Below are positions 40,706-55,235 of a stretch of DNA of 64,000 nt, in pieces. Source of the stretch: Octopus vulgaris (taxonomy: Eukaryota); the NCBI GenBank assembly GCA_951406725.2, contig OX597842.1, positions 27,900,001 through 27,964,000 on the forward strand, read 5' to 3'. The notes beneath the pieces are model-generated. The model made no database searches, had not been told where the DNA came from, and worked only from the letters and a program-made list of their open reading frames with translations. How positions within the stretch are numbered: the stretch's first letter is position 1; each line of letters begins with the position of its first letter. The translations under genes were made by a program, and so were the position numbers.

Positions 40706-43700
40706 GCGTGTGTGTATTTACATTTGTTGTCTCTGGCAATTTCTTAGCTTTCGGTGATTAGATTGTTATCATTTCTCCCGTTGACGAATAGACCATTGGA
40801 ATAAGAGATCCCCTACTTGAGCAACAGGTAAGGATTAAGGACATGAAGGGGATCCAGAAATAAAAAAAGGATTCAAATACATATTCATCTAACCCATGCT
40901 AGCATGGAAAACAGACGTAAAAATGACTACCATACGTACATATGCAAACATATGTACATCTATGTATATGTATACATATGTGTGTGTGTGTGTGTGTGTT
41001 TGTGTGCGCGTGTGTGTGTGTAAAGGCATGTGGCCTAGTGGTTAGGGTGTTGCGCTCACAGTGGCTAGATTGTGGGTTCAATTCCCATACTGAGCAGTAC
41101 CTTGTATTCTTGAGCAAAACACCTCATTTCACTTTGCTGCAGTCCACTCAGCTGTAAATGGATCACCCTCCAAGAGACTTGTATTGTGAATAGGGGGAAC
41201 ACTCACTGGCCTGCTTGAAAGATGAAATGATGCAAAGCACATTGTGACCAGGGATGTGTAACAGCATTTGATAGTCTGGTCAACACACACGTCTATATAC
41301 GCGCATACTCGCACGTCTATATACGCACACACACATGCGTGCACAATAAACGGTTCATACACACGTCTATATACACACATGTACAAGAAAAAACACGGCT
41401 AAAGGCAAAATACAGGAAAATGTGTAAAAAAATATATAAAAAGACAATGAGTAAAACACGTCCTATATACGCACATGCTCGCATGCACACACACACACAC
41501 ACACACACATGTCTATATACGCCTGTATATGCACACACGCGCACAAAAGTTTCCATATACACGTCTATATACGCACAGGGAAAATGCAGGGTGGAAGGTA
41601 GAATAGAGAAAAGATATGTGTAAAAAATATATGAGCAATAAACCTATAAAACAATATCTCTATAAATATGTAAAAAATATATATAGATATGTATATATAT
41701 AAAATATAAAGAAATATAAGTAAAAAGTATAGAGAGATAAAAAGCTTGTACGTGGACACGCGTGCATGCGAGTATGTGTGTATATAGACGTGTTTTAGTC
41801 TTTGTCGTTTTTACACACTTTTTGCCCATTTTCCTCTATTTTGCCTTTTGCCGTTTTTTCTTGTACATGTGCGTATATAGATGTGTGTATGAACCTTTTT
41901 GTGTGCGAGTGCGTATATAGACATGCGGGTATGCGTGTATAGAGACGTGTGTGTGTGTACGTGTATACGGGTATGCGTGTATATAGTCGTGTTTTATTAC
42001 TTATTTTTCATATGTATGTTGCCTCTAACCCTGTTTTTACTTGTGCATGTGCGTATATAGACATGTGTATGAACCTTTTTTTGTGCACGTGTATGCGGTG
42101 TGTATATGCAGCGAGCTGGCAGAACCGTTAGCATGCAGGGCGAAATGCGTAGCCGTACTTCGTCTGCCGCTACGTTTTGTGTTCAAATTCCGCTGAGGTC
42201 GACTTTGCCTTTCATCCTTTCGGGGGTCGATAAAGTAAGTACCAGTTACGCACTGGAGTCGATGTAATCGACTTAATCCGTTTGTCCCCTCTGTGTTTAT
42301 CCCCTTGTGGGTAGTAAAGAAGTATGTATATCATCATTATCATCATCATCATCGTTTAACGTCCGCTTTCCATGCTAGCATGCGTTGGACGATTTTGGCT
42401 GAGGGCTGGCGAACCAGATGTCCGCACCAGGCTCCAATCTTGACCTGGCAGAGTTTCTACAGCTGGATACCCTTCCTAACGCCAACCACTCCGAGAGTGT
42501 AGTGGGTGCTTTTTATGTGCCACCGGCACGGGGGTCAGTCAGGCGGTACTGGCAATGACCTTGCTCGATTTTTTTACACATGTCACTGGCACAGGTGCCA
42601 GTAAGGCGACGTTGGTAACGATCACGCTCGAATGGTGCCCTTTTACATATATATATATATTTACGACAAGCAGACACACACACACACAAGCAGACACACA
42701 CACAAACACAAGCACACACACGCACACACACACACACAGAAGCACACACACACATGCACACACACAAGCACACACACACACAAGCACACACACACACACA
42801 CACACACACACAAGCGTGTGTGTATTTACATTTGTTGTCTCTGGCAATTTCTTAGCTTTCGGTGATTAGATTGTTATCATTTCTCCCGTTGACGAATAAA
42901 CCATTGGAATAAGAGATCCCCTACTTGAGCAACAGGTAAGGATTAAGGACATGAAGGGGATCCAGAAATAAAAAAAGGCATCAAATACATATTCATCTAA
43001 CCCATGCTAGCATGGAAAACAGACGTAAAAATGACTACCATACATGCATATGCAAACATATGTACATCTATCTATATGCATACATATGTGTGTGTGTGTG
43101 TGTGTGTGTGTAAAGGAGTGTGGCCTAGTGTTTAGGGTGTTGCGCTCACAGTGGCTAGATTGTGGGTTCAATTCCCATACTGAGCAGTACTTTGTATTCT
43201 TGAGTAAAACACCTCATTTCACTTTGCTGCAGTCCACTCAGCTGTAAATGGATCACCCTCCAAGAGACTTGTGTTGTGATTAGGGGGAACACTCACTGGC
43301 CTGCTTGAAAGATGAAATGATGCAAAGCACATTGTGACCAGGGATGTGTAACAGCATTTGATAGTCTGGTCAACACACACGTCTATATACGCGCATACCC
43401 GCACGTCTATATACGCACACACACATGCGTGCACAATAAACGGTTCATACACACGTCTATATACACACATGTACAAGAAAAAACACGGCTAAAGGCAAAA
43501 TACAGGAAAATGTGTAAAAAAATATATAAAAAGACAATGAGTAAAACACGTCCTATATACGCACATGCTCGCATGCACACACACACACACACATGTCTAT
43601 ATACGCCCGTATCCGCACACATACACACATCCACACGCGCGCACAAAAGATTCCATATACACGTCTATATACGCACAGGGAAAATGCAGGGTGGAAGGTA

Positions 43701-44865
43701 GAATAGAGAAAAGATATGTGTAAAAAATATATGAGCAATAAACCTATAAAACAATATCTCTATAAATATGTAAAAAATATATATAGATATATATATATAA
43801 AAAATATAAAGAAATATAAGTAAAAAGTATAGAGAGATAAAAAGCTTGTACGTGGACACGCGTGCATGCGAGTATGAGTGTATATAGACGTGTTTTAGTC
43901 TTTGTCGTTTTTACACACTTTTTGCCCATTTTCCTCTATTTTGCCTTTTGCCGTTTTTTCTTGTACATGTGCGTATATAGATGTGTATATGAACCTTTTT
44001 GTGTGCGAGTGCGTATATAGACATGCGGGTATGCGTGTATAGAGACGTGTGTGTGTATGTGCATACGGGTATGCGTGTATATAGACGTGTTTTATTACTT
44101 ATTTTTCATATGTATGTTGCCTCTAACCCTGTTTTTACTTGTGCATGTGCGTATATAGACATGTGTATGAACCTTTTTTTTGTGCACGTGTATGCGGTGT
44201 GTATATGCAGCGAGCTGGCAGAACCGTTAGCATGCAGGGCGAAATGCGTAGCCGTACTTCGTTTGCCGCTACGTTTTGTGTTCAAATTCCAACGAGGTTG
44301 ACTTTGCCTTTCATCCTTTCGGGATCGATAAATTAAGTACCAGTTACGCACTGGAGTCGATGTAATCGACTTTATCCATTTCTCTGTCCTTGTTTATTCC
44401 CTGTGTGTTTATCCCCTTGTGGGTAGTAAAGAAGTATGTATATCATCATTATCATCATCATCATCGTTTAACGTCCGCTTTCCATGCTAGCATGCGTTGG
44501 ACGATTTTGGCTGAGGGCTGGCGAACCAGATGTCCGCACCAGGCTCCAATCTTGACCTGGCAGAGTTTCTACAGCTGGATACCCTTCCTAACGCCAACCA
44601 CTCCGAGAGTGTAGTGGGTGCTTTTTATGTGCCGCCGGCACGGGGGGCAGTCAGGCGGTACTGGCAATGACCTTGCTCGATTTTTTTACACATGTCACTG
44701 GCACAGGTGCCAGTAAGGCGACGTTGGTAATGATCACGCTCGAATGGTGCCTTTTACATATATATATATATATTTACGACAAGCACACACACACACACAC
44801 AAGCACACACACACACACACACACACACACATGCACACACACAAGCACACACACACACACAAGCA

Positions 44866-44904
<39 letters not shown>

Positions 44905-45173
44905 GCGTGTGTGTGTTTACATTTGTTGTCTCTGGCAATTTCTTAGCTTTCGGTGATTAGATTGTTATCATTTCTCCCGTTGACGAATAGACCATTGGAA
45001 TAAGAGATCCCCTACTTGAGCAACAGGTAAGGATTAAGGACATGAAGGGGATCCAGAAATTAAAAAAAAGGCATCAAATACATATTCATCTAACCCATGC
45101 TAGCATGGAAAACAGACGTAAAAATGACTACCATACATGCATATGCAAACATATGTACATCTATCTATATGCA

Positions 45174-45209
<36 letters not shown>

Positions 45210-46600
45210 GGAGTGTGGCCTAGTGTTTAGGGTGTTGCGCTCACAGTGGCTAGATTGTGGGTTCAATTCCCATACTGAGCAGTACCTTGTATTCTTGAGC
45301 AAAACACCTCATTTCACTTTGCTGCAGTCCACTCAGCTGTAAATGGATCACCCTCCAAGAGACTTGTGTTGTGATTAGGGGGAACACTCACTGGCCTGCT
45401 TGAAAGATGAAATGATGCAAAGCACATTGTGACCAGGGATGTGTAACAGCATTTGATAGTCTGGTCAACACACACGTCTATATACACGCATACCTGCACG
45501 TCTATATACGCACACACACAAGCGCGCACAATAAACGGTTCATACACACGTCTATATACACACATGTGCAAGAAAAAACACGGCTAAAGGCAAAATACAG
45601 GAAAATGTGTAAAAAAATATGTAAAAAGACAATAAGTAAAACACATCCTATATACGCACATGCTCGCATGCACGCACACACACACACACGTCTATACACG
45701 CCCGTTCCGCACACATGCACACATCCACACGCGCGCACAAAAGATTCCATATACACGTCTATATACGCACAGGGAAAATGCGGGGTGGAAGGTAGAATAG
45801 AGAAAAGATATGTGTAAAAAATATATGAGCAATAAACCTATAAAACAATATCTCTATAAATATGTAAAAAATATATATAGATATGTATATATATAAAATA
45901 TAAAGAAATATAAGTAAAAAGTATAGAGAGATAAAAAGCTTGTACGTGGACACACGTGCATGCGAGTATGTGTGTATATAGACGTGTTTTAGTCTTTGTC
46001 GTTTTTACACACTTTTTGCCCATTTTCCTCTATTTTGCCTTTAGCCGTTTTTTCTTGTACATGTGCGTATATAGATGTGTGTATGAACCTTTTTGTGTGT
46101 GTGTGCGCGTATATAGACGTGTGTGTGTACGTGCATACGGGTATGCGTGTATATAGACGTGTTTTACTTTTATTACTTATTTTTTTATATGTATTTTGGA
46201 TTTTTTCCTCTTGAACGGCACATGTTAACACAATTTCTAGTTAACTAAACACTTTTAAACTTCGTATACTGGTAGAATGTGTTTATAAAACATCATTTTT
46301 TCTTGGCTTTATTGAGAAAATTCTATAGTTTGTAAGATATTTCCACTTTAAAATCGAGCATTTCGGCAATTTTAACCAATCACTGGAGTCTATTTGGGGT
46401 GAAAACATTCCGTGCTGTATGAATATGCCCCTCGTTTAAGAAACAGATTGGGTTTATTTACATTTGCGAAGAAAAAAAGATACCCTTCCCCACCCCTTTT
46501 TACACATGCCACTGGCACAGGTGCCAGTAAGGCGACGTTGGTAACGATCACGCTCGAATGGTGCCCTTTTACATATATATATATGTATACGACAAGAAAT
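40600..46600. repeat. Tandem triplication of a ~2.1-kb unit (SINE + MITE + SINE + RTE 3' end)
   Basis: Marker caagcgtgtgtgt.tttacatttgttgtctctggc at about 40703, 42811 and 44902; repeated ORFs in the track; third copy interrupted at 46198-46497. Confidence 0.95.
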
Positions 46601-46687
46601 ACTTTTTGTCTCCTTTCTATGGAAACAAAGGGTTTATAGGACTGCAAAAAAAGAAGTGCTCAAATGTAACTGAGACAGAGATAAAGA

Positions 46688-47472
46688 AACATTGATCATA
46701 AAATAAACATCAAATTCGAGTCAATGACTTTATATATAACACCGTATCTCCAAACATTTCATCAGATATAAATATTACCATGGCTCTTAAACATACAGAG
46801 TATACATATATAAAAAAAAAACATATAAAGTAGACATAAAAATCATCAAAGGTAAAAAATATATATGTGAATAAAAATGCAGGTGTATAGAACGGCCTAT
46901 CAAGAAGGTATATACAATCGACTAAGAATTCTAAAGCGTGTCATGCTACTAAAAATCCAAATAAAATATCGACTAAAAAGAAAAATTTTCTTACCCCACT
47001 CAAATGAAAGAGTACGTGAAAAAAGTTTGTTTCATTAAACCCATGGTAGGTTAGAGTCCAGGAGCAAAAAGAGTTCCACAAAATCAAGTGAAACACACCT
47101 ATGGCCATTTCAGGAGTTCATTGCCGCAGTTCGATTACGAGTTAAAGCGCATCTTGGCAATGACCCCCACATCATGATGAACAGGAATCTCAACAAATTC
47201 TTTGTTTAGTCGATTGATATTTTATTTTAGTTTAATTGGATTTTTAGCAGCAAGACACGCTTTAGAATTTTTAGCCAATTGTATATACCTTCTTGAGAGG
47301 CTGTTCTATATATCTGTGTTTTTATTCGTGTATATATTTTTCACCTTCTGTGTATTTTATATATGTATACTTTTTATGTTTAAGAGCCATGGTAATATTT
47401 ATATATGATGAAATGTTACGGTGTTATATATAAAGTCGCTGACTCGAATTTGATGTTTGTTCTATGATCAAT
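46688..47472. mobile_element. Foldback element with ~290-bp inverted arms
   Basis: attgatcata..catcaaattcgagtca..ccatggctcttaaacata..tctaaagcgtgtc mirrored at 47200-47472. Confidence 0.8.
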
Positions 47473-47509
47473 ATTTATATATATATATAATGTATATATA
47501 TATATATGC

Positions 47510-48655
47510 CCAGGAAAACCACTACAGATTTTCCTCCAGAGTTTTCTTGCGAATGGCAAGCTGCCAAGCAAACTTTAGAAGGGAATAATATGCCCAATCC
47601 ATGAAGGAGGAAGCAGAGCAGGTGCCATAACTTATAGGCCTATGTCTCTGACTTCACACACAAGCAAAGTCATTCCTGGAAGAAAGTGACTTGCTGAGTG
47701 ATAGCATGGTTTTCGACCAAGTAGGAGTTGCCTGACACAGCTCCTATAGCACAATGACTGGGTGCTGAAACAGTTACTTAACAACTCAAATGTGGACGTA
47801 ATATACTTTGCAAAAGCTTTTGATAAAGTTAATCATGATATGATATGCCACAAACTACGTGATCTTGGCAAAGGTGGAAAACTTGGAGAATGATTACATG
47901 ACTTTCTGAAAGACAGAAGTCAGGCATTGGTAGCCAGTGGTACCACCTCAACGGAACCACAAATAGTGAGTGGTGCTCCACAGGGCACTGTCTTAGGGTC
48001 ACTGATTTTCATAGTGGCCCTCTCAGATATGCTCTCCGCTGCCCTGATACCCTTGCTAGCTACGGAGACGACACGAAATTTTTGCAGAAAATGCAAAACC
48101 GTAGTGATGTTGCATGCCTGCAGCAGTAGCTGGATGCAATTTACAGATGGTCTGAGGACAATAATATGCAGTTTAATGCTGGAAAATTTCAAGCCCTGCA
48201 CTACCAGCACCCAAATTTGAACGGAAAACATACAGGGTATACTTTCCTAGTGGGGAATTACAATCACGTGTGTGATCTGGGTATCGACATGAGTGATGAT
48301 ACCTCTTTCCAAGTGCACTTTAACAAGATGACGACAAAGTGCAGATGGCTGGATGGATGGATCCTGAGAACCTTCAGAACCAGGGACAAAGAAACCATGA
48401 TGGTCCGCTAGAGGACATTTATCCTCAGCTGCCTGGACTACTGCTCCTAACAACGGTCACCCCACAGTGTAAAATTAACAGTGGACCTTGAAGCAATCCA
48501 GCGAAGCTACTAAAAGAATATCATCTCATTGCAACAGCTCAACTACTGGGGAAGGCTGAAACATGTAAGACTTTACTCCCTAGAGTGAAGGTGGGGAAGA
48601 TATGCAGTGATATACATCTGGAAGATCCTGGAAGGGATTGTACCAAATTTTGGCT
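47510..48655 (+). mobile_element. Decayed CR1 LINE RT fragment
   Basis: FAKAFDKVNH, SGAPQGTVLGSLIF and WILRTFRTRDKETM with stops; related piece at 57620-58100. Confidence 0.85.
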
Positions 48656-48696
48656 TATATATGACAAGATTTAAGACGAGAAAATTTTTTCTTTAC

Positions 48697-48808
48697 CTTG
48701 AATCAGAAGTTTTCAGTTGGATAAGTTTGAGTTTTAAGATTTTCAGCTGAGTAAGTTTGTTCGGAGTTTTAAAATTTGAGTTCTCTCGCTGAGTTCTCTC
48801 GCTGGTAT
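48697..48808 (-). other. Candidate non-coding first exon (5' UTR) of the ANK-DD gene
   Basis: ATG-free unique sequence ending in donor caag|gtaaag, just downstream of a TATA box; the first coding exon has an acceptor 2 nt before its ATG, so an upstream exon is required. 5' end approximate. Confidence 0.5.
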
Positions 48809-48905
48809 GAATAAAATGATATTAGATTCATCAGTTTATATAATTGTAGTAAAAGGAAGTAAGTCGTCTCAGCCAATAAGGCTATTCATTGTGTTTTTCG
48901 CGGAA
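48805..48905 (-). promoter_or_regulatory. Candidate core promoter: TATA, ETS, CCAAT and GAS-like motifs
   Basis: Minus-strand TATATAAA at 48842-48835 about 30 nt upstream of an Inr-like TCATAC; GGAAGT 48855-48860; CCAAT 48873-48877; TTCGCGGAA 48897-48905. Confidence 0.5.
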
Positions 48906-49178
48906 TTTTATTTATCTATACATCTATCTTCCTTTTATTACGTTCACTCAATTTCATGCTACTCTAACTGACCTGAATTTCTGTGACCTTGGATGTTGTT
49001 TACAACTTATCCTCTCACAGTCTAATTCAATTCATTTAGTACACACACACACACACACACCTATGTATGGAGATTATATGAAGCCCACTTAAACCTTGAC
49101 AACTTGTTAAAATTTTTATCATTGGTTTTATTGGGCAACACCTATATGGAAACATGATCATACACACACACACACACA

Positions 49179-49228
<50 letters not shown>

Positions 49229-49599
49229 TTGTAAACATGTGTGGCCGAGTGATTACATTATAGCATTCCCGATCTTGTGTTCATGATTTCGAATCCCAGA
49301 GGGTGGTGCTTAGAAGTCCTCAGATGAATACCTCATTTCACATTGTTCCCGTCAACTGAGCTGTAAATAAATAACCCTGTGATCGACTGGTGCCCTGTTT
49401 CAGGAGAATATCATGATCTGTGTCGCTTATACACCTTAGTCCTCAGAATAACGTGAAGAATTGCAGTGTGACCAGCAGGGCACAGCAATGGATGATCATC
49501 TGGACACTACAGTGATTTATATATATATATATATATGTTTGTGACTGTATAAAATAGGTACAAGCGTGGCTGTGCAGTTAAGAGATTTCCTACTGTTAT

Positions 49600-50525
49600 A
49601 GCAAAGGTTCCTGCATCAATTTTGTATGTTTTACTGTTAGTGTTAGTACAGTATTCTTTCTCAGTTCTATTTAACCATGATGCATTGAGGTTGAAATCCC
49701 TCTTTTCATTCCAAATTTTCCCCCAGAATGATTGTAGAGCTTCTCGGGAGGGAACTTTCTTAATGGTAATGTTTTCCTTCCTTGTCTCTCTCTATAATGC
49801 TTGTGGGTTGGAAGCAAACTCACGATTGATATTAGCTTGTTCAAAAATTTGCATGTGATAGCAAAGTTTCTCGCTTGTCGTCCTGAGTTCATGTTTTAAA
49901 GATTTTTGAGAAGCTTAATTTCTGAAGATTGGTATTTAGGCAGTATGTTCCATATCCACAGGGCCCCAATAACTACAGGTATAAGCCTGAACTTGTATTC
50001 TGGATAGATTAACTGCAGATTTCTCAATAGTTCAATGTAGGTATTCTCTTTTTCACTCATCTTCAGATTTATGTTAACATCTGTTGGGCAGCTAATTTCC
50101 ACAACTCTACACAGTTTCTCTCCTCTATCCCAAATCATTATATCAGGTCTTTTGTGCTTACATTTTACTGAGGTCTTCACTGGGACATTCCACCAGTGGC
50201 TATGGTTTCTACTGTAATGTGGGTTCTTATTTCTCTGTCTGCAGGGTTATCCTTCTGACAGATTTCATTATAGAGTGTCCTTGCTACAACATCATGTCTC
50301 ATTGGTAGAGAACCGTGATGACATTTTTGGACAATGACGTGTGATGTGGCTGATATCGTCAGTGTTAATTCCACAAAGTAGGTGTCGGTTGCCATATTTT
50401 ACTGCTTCTCCTGCATCTCTACCCCTTTTGCGCATCAGGTTGATATTTCCTGTTCCTGGATTGCAAACACATACCCTCCAAAGTGGGAGGTAGTTACCTG
50501 GCTATTGGTCCATGATAGACTGCTT
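49600..50525 (-). mobile_element. R4/Dong-like LINE 3' fragment (restriction-like endonuclease)
   Basis: RHDVVARTLYNEI after a decayed CCHC knuckle, and KHKRPDIMIWD...VEISCP..EK (PD-D/ExK). Confidence 0.8.
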
Positions 50526-50589
50526 TGATGATCAATGTTACTATCATCTCTGAGCTTTTTACTAACATACTATGTACATATGTGTGTAT

Positions 50590-51093
<504 letters not shown>

Positions 51094-52420
51094 CGTGTGT
51101 ATATATATGTGTATATATATATATATGTATATATACACACACACATATATCGGGTCATCCCATAAATAATGGAGTTTTTTATGCTTCTTTTATTTTCCAA
51201 AATTACGATAAGCAAAGTTGTATTTTAATCTAAAATATACCCTCCTTCATTTTCTACAATGCTCTTCCATCTATCTAATCCAAGGGGAATATCACTGTAA
51301 GACTACCTTTCTCTTTATAAATGTCCCAAAAATGTCACACTGCCTTGGCTTTGTTGTCTCACTTTATTCAACATATACATACTCACACACGACCCGCGTT
51401 GGACCCCCTCGCTCATACTATTATTGAACCGGGAATCTAACAGTGGTCCTCCTGTAGCACCTACATAGCCTTACCTGCCATTTAGGTCTTCTGGATACCA
51501 AGACCTCTCAAATTGTGTGTGTGTATATGAAAGTATGCATGTATATAGAGATAGATTACACTGGTGGATTTGTGGAACGGGTAAATTGCTGCTCAAGGTG
51601 ACTCTTTCGATGTAGATGGGTAAGTTATTTTTTATTAAAAATAACTAATTGGTGAACCTTTTAACTCCACCTCGTGGATACGATCTGGATGACCATATAT
51701 TATTTTGTCCATGGCCACAATGGTGCCTCCAAGTAATCCATTTGGTACTTGTGAGACAGCTGGAAGCATCTGAGCAGATATGCAAGGCTTTTGCACCCTC
51801 TCTTCTAACGGCCCTTGCATTCATTTAAAAGACTTTTCCTTGCTTTAAGATGTGGAGCATTTTTAAGAAGGCTTCCAGATATCTGAAGAACTCTGACTAC
51901 CTCACCTACTCTGAAGTATAAAGGAACGGTCCCTTGAACGAATGGCTTACGCCACTGGTCATGTCCAGCACTACCAACGTATCTACTATGATCATTGCCA
52001 GAGCAGCTGATTGGCTTCTGTGCAGGTGGCACGTAAAATTCACCATTTCGAGTGTGGCCATTGCCAGTACCGCCTGACTGGCCCTCGTGCCAGTCGTACG
52101 TAAAAGCACCCACTACACTCTCAGAGTTGTTGCGTTGTTATATTATTCTATGCTTTATCGCCCCACCCTCTGCCTCGCTCTCCCTCCCCTCTCTCTCTCT
52201 CTTAGTCTCTCCCTCTCATTTTCATAGTTAAGTCACGTTGTCGCTTTACATAGAAAGTTAAATATTTAGAGGAGAAACAGATTAGATTTCTATTGAATAA
52301 TGAATATGGCTTGAATTCATAAGATTTTTTCAACCACGCCCTAGCTGGAGCCTTTTAGATCATAAAACATATATATATATACTCATACACCCCAAATCAC
52401 ATATATATATGCGTATATAT

Positions 52421-53671
52421 CATCATCACCATCATCATCATCGTTTAATGTCCGCTTTCCATGCTAGGGTCTAGGAAGCCAGGAGGCTGCACCAGGCCCA
52501 GTCTGGTCCGGCAGTGTTTCTACAGCTGGATGCCCTTCCTTATGCCGACCACTCTGTGAGTGTAGTGGGTGCTTTTTACGTGCCACCGACACAGGTGCCA
52601 AACAAGGCTGGCAAACGGCCACGCTCGGATGGTGCTTTTTACGTGCCACCAGCAAGGAGGCCAGTCAGGGCGGCGCTGGCTATGGTCACGTTCAGATGGT
52701 ACTCTTACGTGCCACCGGCACTGGTATCACAGCTACAAATTCCATTGATGTTGATTGATTTCGATTTTGATTTTCAGTTGCTTCAACAGGTCTTCACAAG
52801 TTGAGTTTTGTGTCCCAAGAGGTAGAGGCCACGGGTTATCGCCTCACTTGTCCTGCCGGGTCTTCTCACGCACAGCATACTTCCAAAGGTCTCGGTCTCT
52901 GATCATTTCCTCGGTGAGACCTAAAGATTGAAGGTTGTGCTTCACCACCTCATCCCAGGTTTTCCTGGGTCTACCTCTTCCACAGGTTCCCTCAACCGCC
53001 AGGGTGTGGCACTGTTTCACACAACTATCTTCACCCATTCTTGACACATGACCATACCAGTGCAAACGCCTCTCTTGCACAACACAACTGATGCTTCTTA
53101 GGTCCAACTTTTCTCTCAAGGTACTTACACTCTGTCGGGCATGAACACTGACATTACACATCCATTGGAGCAACTGGCTGCATTTCTTGCGAGCTTACGC
53201 ATATCCTCAGCAGTCGCGGCCCAAGTTTCACTGCCATGTAGCATGGCTGTTTGTACACATGCGTCAAACAGTCTGACTTTTACTCTGAGCGAGAGGCCCT
53301 TTATCGCCAGCAGAGGTAAGAGCGCTCTGAACTTTGCCCAGGCTATTCTTACTCTAGCAGTTACACTTTCAGCACACCCGCCCCTGCTACTGACTTGGTC
53401 ACCTAGGTAACGGAAGCTATCAACTACTTCTAGTTTTTCTCCCTGGAATGTGGCGGAAGATGGTCTCTGCGCATTTTCAGTGTTTATTGCTCCTGAGCAT
53501 CTGCCGCATACTAAAACTATCTTCCTAGTTAGCCTTCCTTTGACATTGCTGCACCTCTTATGTGTCCATAGCTTACACTTGGTGCATCTTATAGAGTTTC
53601 TACCTACGCCTTTTCTACAGATCGAGCAGGGCCATCTACTTGAAGGCGTTTGTGATTTGTCTACCTTCCTA

Positions 53672-53672
<1 letters not shown>
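52421..53672 (-). mobile_element. RTE-clade LINE, 5'-truncated
   Basis: ORFs 53125-53757 and 52844-53173 (one frameshift) encode a Cys-rich finger and the RTE C-terminus; (ATG)n tail. Confidence 0.92.
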
Positions 53673-53722
<50 letters not shown>

Positions 53723-53811
53723 TTTGATACTTTGATACTTTGATAGGTTTCGGCCATTATTGGCCCAGGCCATGTCTAACTTAATAGCACCACCTGGTGA
53801 AGTCTTTCAAG

Positions 53812-55235
53812 TCAGAATTTGGGCACTATGGCCCACTCAAGTAGAGAGTTATTGTTTACAGAGACATATCCGGGTGTAGGGGGTTTATCCGGGATTTCTT
53901 GAAGGAATCTGTCCAAAGACTTCTTGAACCCTATAGGGTCAGTTTCTGTTTTAATGTGTTTTGGTGTAATGTTAAAGAGAGCGGGGCCAATTGAGGTGAA
54001 ATAATTGTGCCGTATTGTTGTTATGAGATGAGAGTGCGATTTTTGTTTTGGGCGGATGGCACGGGGCCCAAGCCTTGGATGTACCTTAAAGGTGATGCCA
54101 ACATCATTTGGGCAATGCTGATGGAATATTTTCCACATCATGCAGATGATGTAGCGCTCACGACGACGTTGGAGAGAATAGAGTTTTAGCTTTTCTAGTC
54201 GACCCCAATAGTCGAGGCCTGTCATGCCATCTATCTTTTTTGTGATTGCCCTTTGAGGTGCTTCGACTTTTTTGATACCTTGTATTGTGTGGGGAGACCA
54301 CAGTGGACAACAGTATTCAAGGTGGGGTCGGGCAAAAGTGGAGAAGAGAAGGATAATGGTGTGGATATCTCTCGACTGGAAAGTTCTGAGAATCCAGGAA
54401 CACATTCTGCGGGCCATGTCAACTTTGGTGTTTATATGAGTGGCCCAGCTTACGTTGTTGTCCACAATTACTCCCAAGTCTCTGATGTTGTTGGACGCCG
54501 CGAGAGTTTCACCTGAAGGAAGGGAGTATGGGAGTTTCAGGGCATCCTCTTTTCCAAAGTGGATTAGCTCAAATTTATCCTCGTTCAGCAGCATATTGTT
54601 TTTTTCTGCCCATTGGATAACAGCCAGTAGATCTGACTGAAGGCATGTCCGGTCACTCGCCTCATTTATGACCTTCTGTAGCTTGGAGTCATCTGCAAAG
54701 ATTTTTATGTTGCTGTGCTTGATGATGTCATTAATGTCATTAATGTAAATGATGAAAAGAAGTGGGCCCAGCACAGTGCCTTGCGGAACGCCACTACTGA
54801 CTTTGGCTGGGCTTGATTTTACCCCTTCAACTACAATATGTTGAGATCTGTCTGTCAGGAAACACTTAATCCATTTCAGTAACTTTCCAGAGACACCAAT
54901 GTTGGATAGTTTTTTCAATAGGATCTTGTGATCGACCCTGTCGAAGGCCTTACTGAAATCAAGGTAGATGACATCGGTGTTGGAGCCCTCTCCCAAAGCT
55001 CTCAAAATGTCCTCAAAGTGATGCAGGAGCTTCGTTAGGCAGTCCCTTCCATTACGGAACCCATGTTGGTTGGAGATCAGCCGTCTGTTGCTTTCCAGAA
55101 ATTGGGTTATTTGAGATCTCACCACCCTCTCAAATACCTTGATGATATGAGAGGTGAGTGAGATCGGACGGTAATTCACTGCAAGGGACTTGTTTCCCTT
55201 TTTGAAAACTGGGACAACAGACTGGGACAGAAGGT
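53812..55235 (-). CDS. CR1 ORF2 reverse transcriptase portion
   Basis: YRPISLTS, DFSKAFD, GVPQGTVLGP, FADD and RPHLEYC motifs; separated from the upstream part by a 1-nt frameshift in a T5 run at 55235-55239. Confidence 0.9.
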
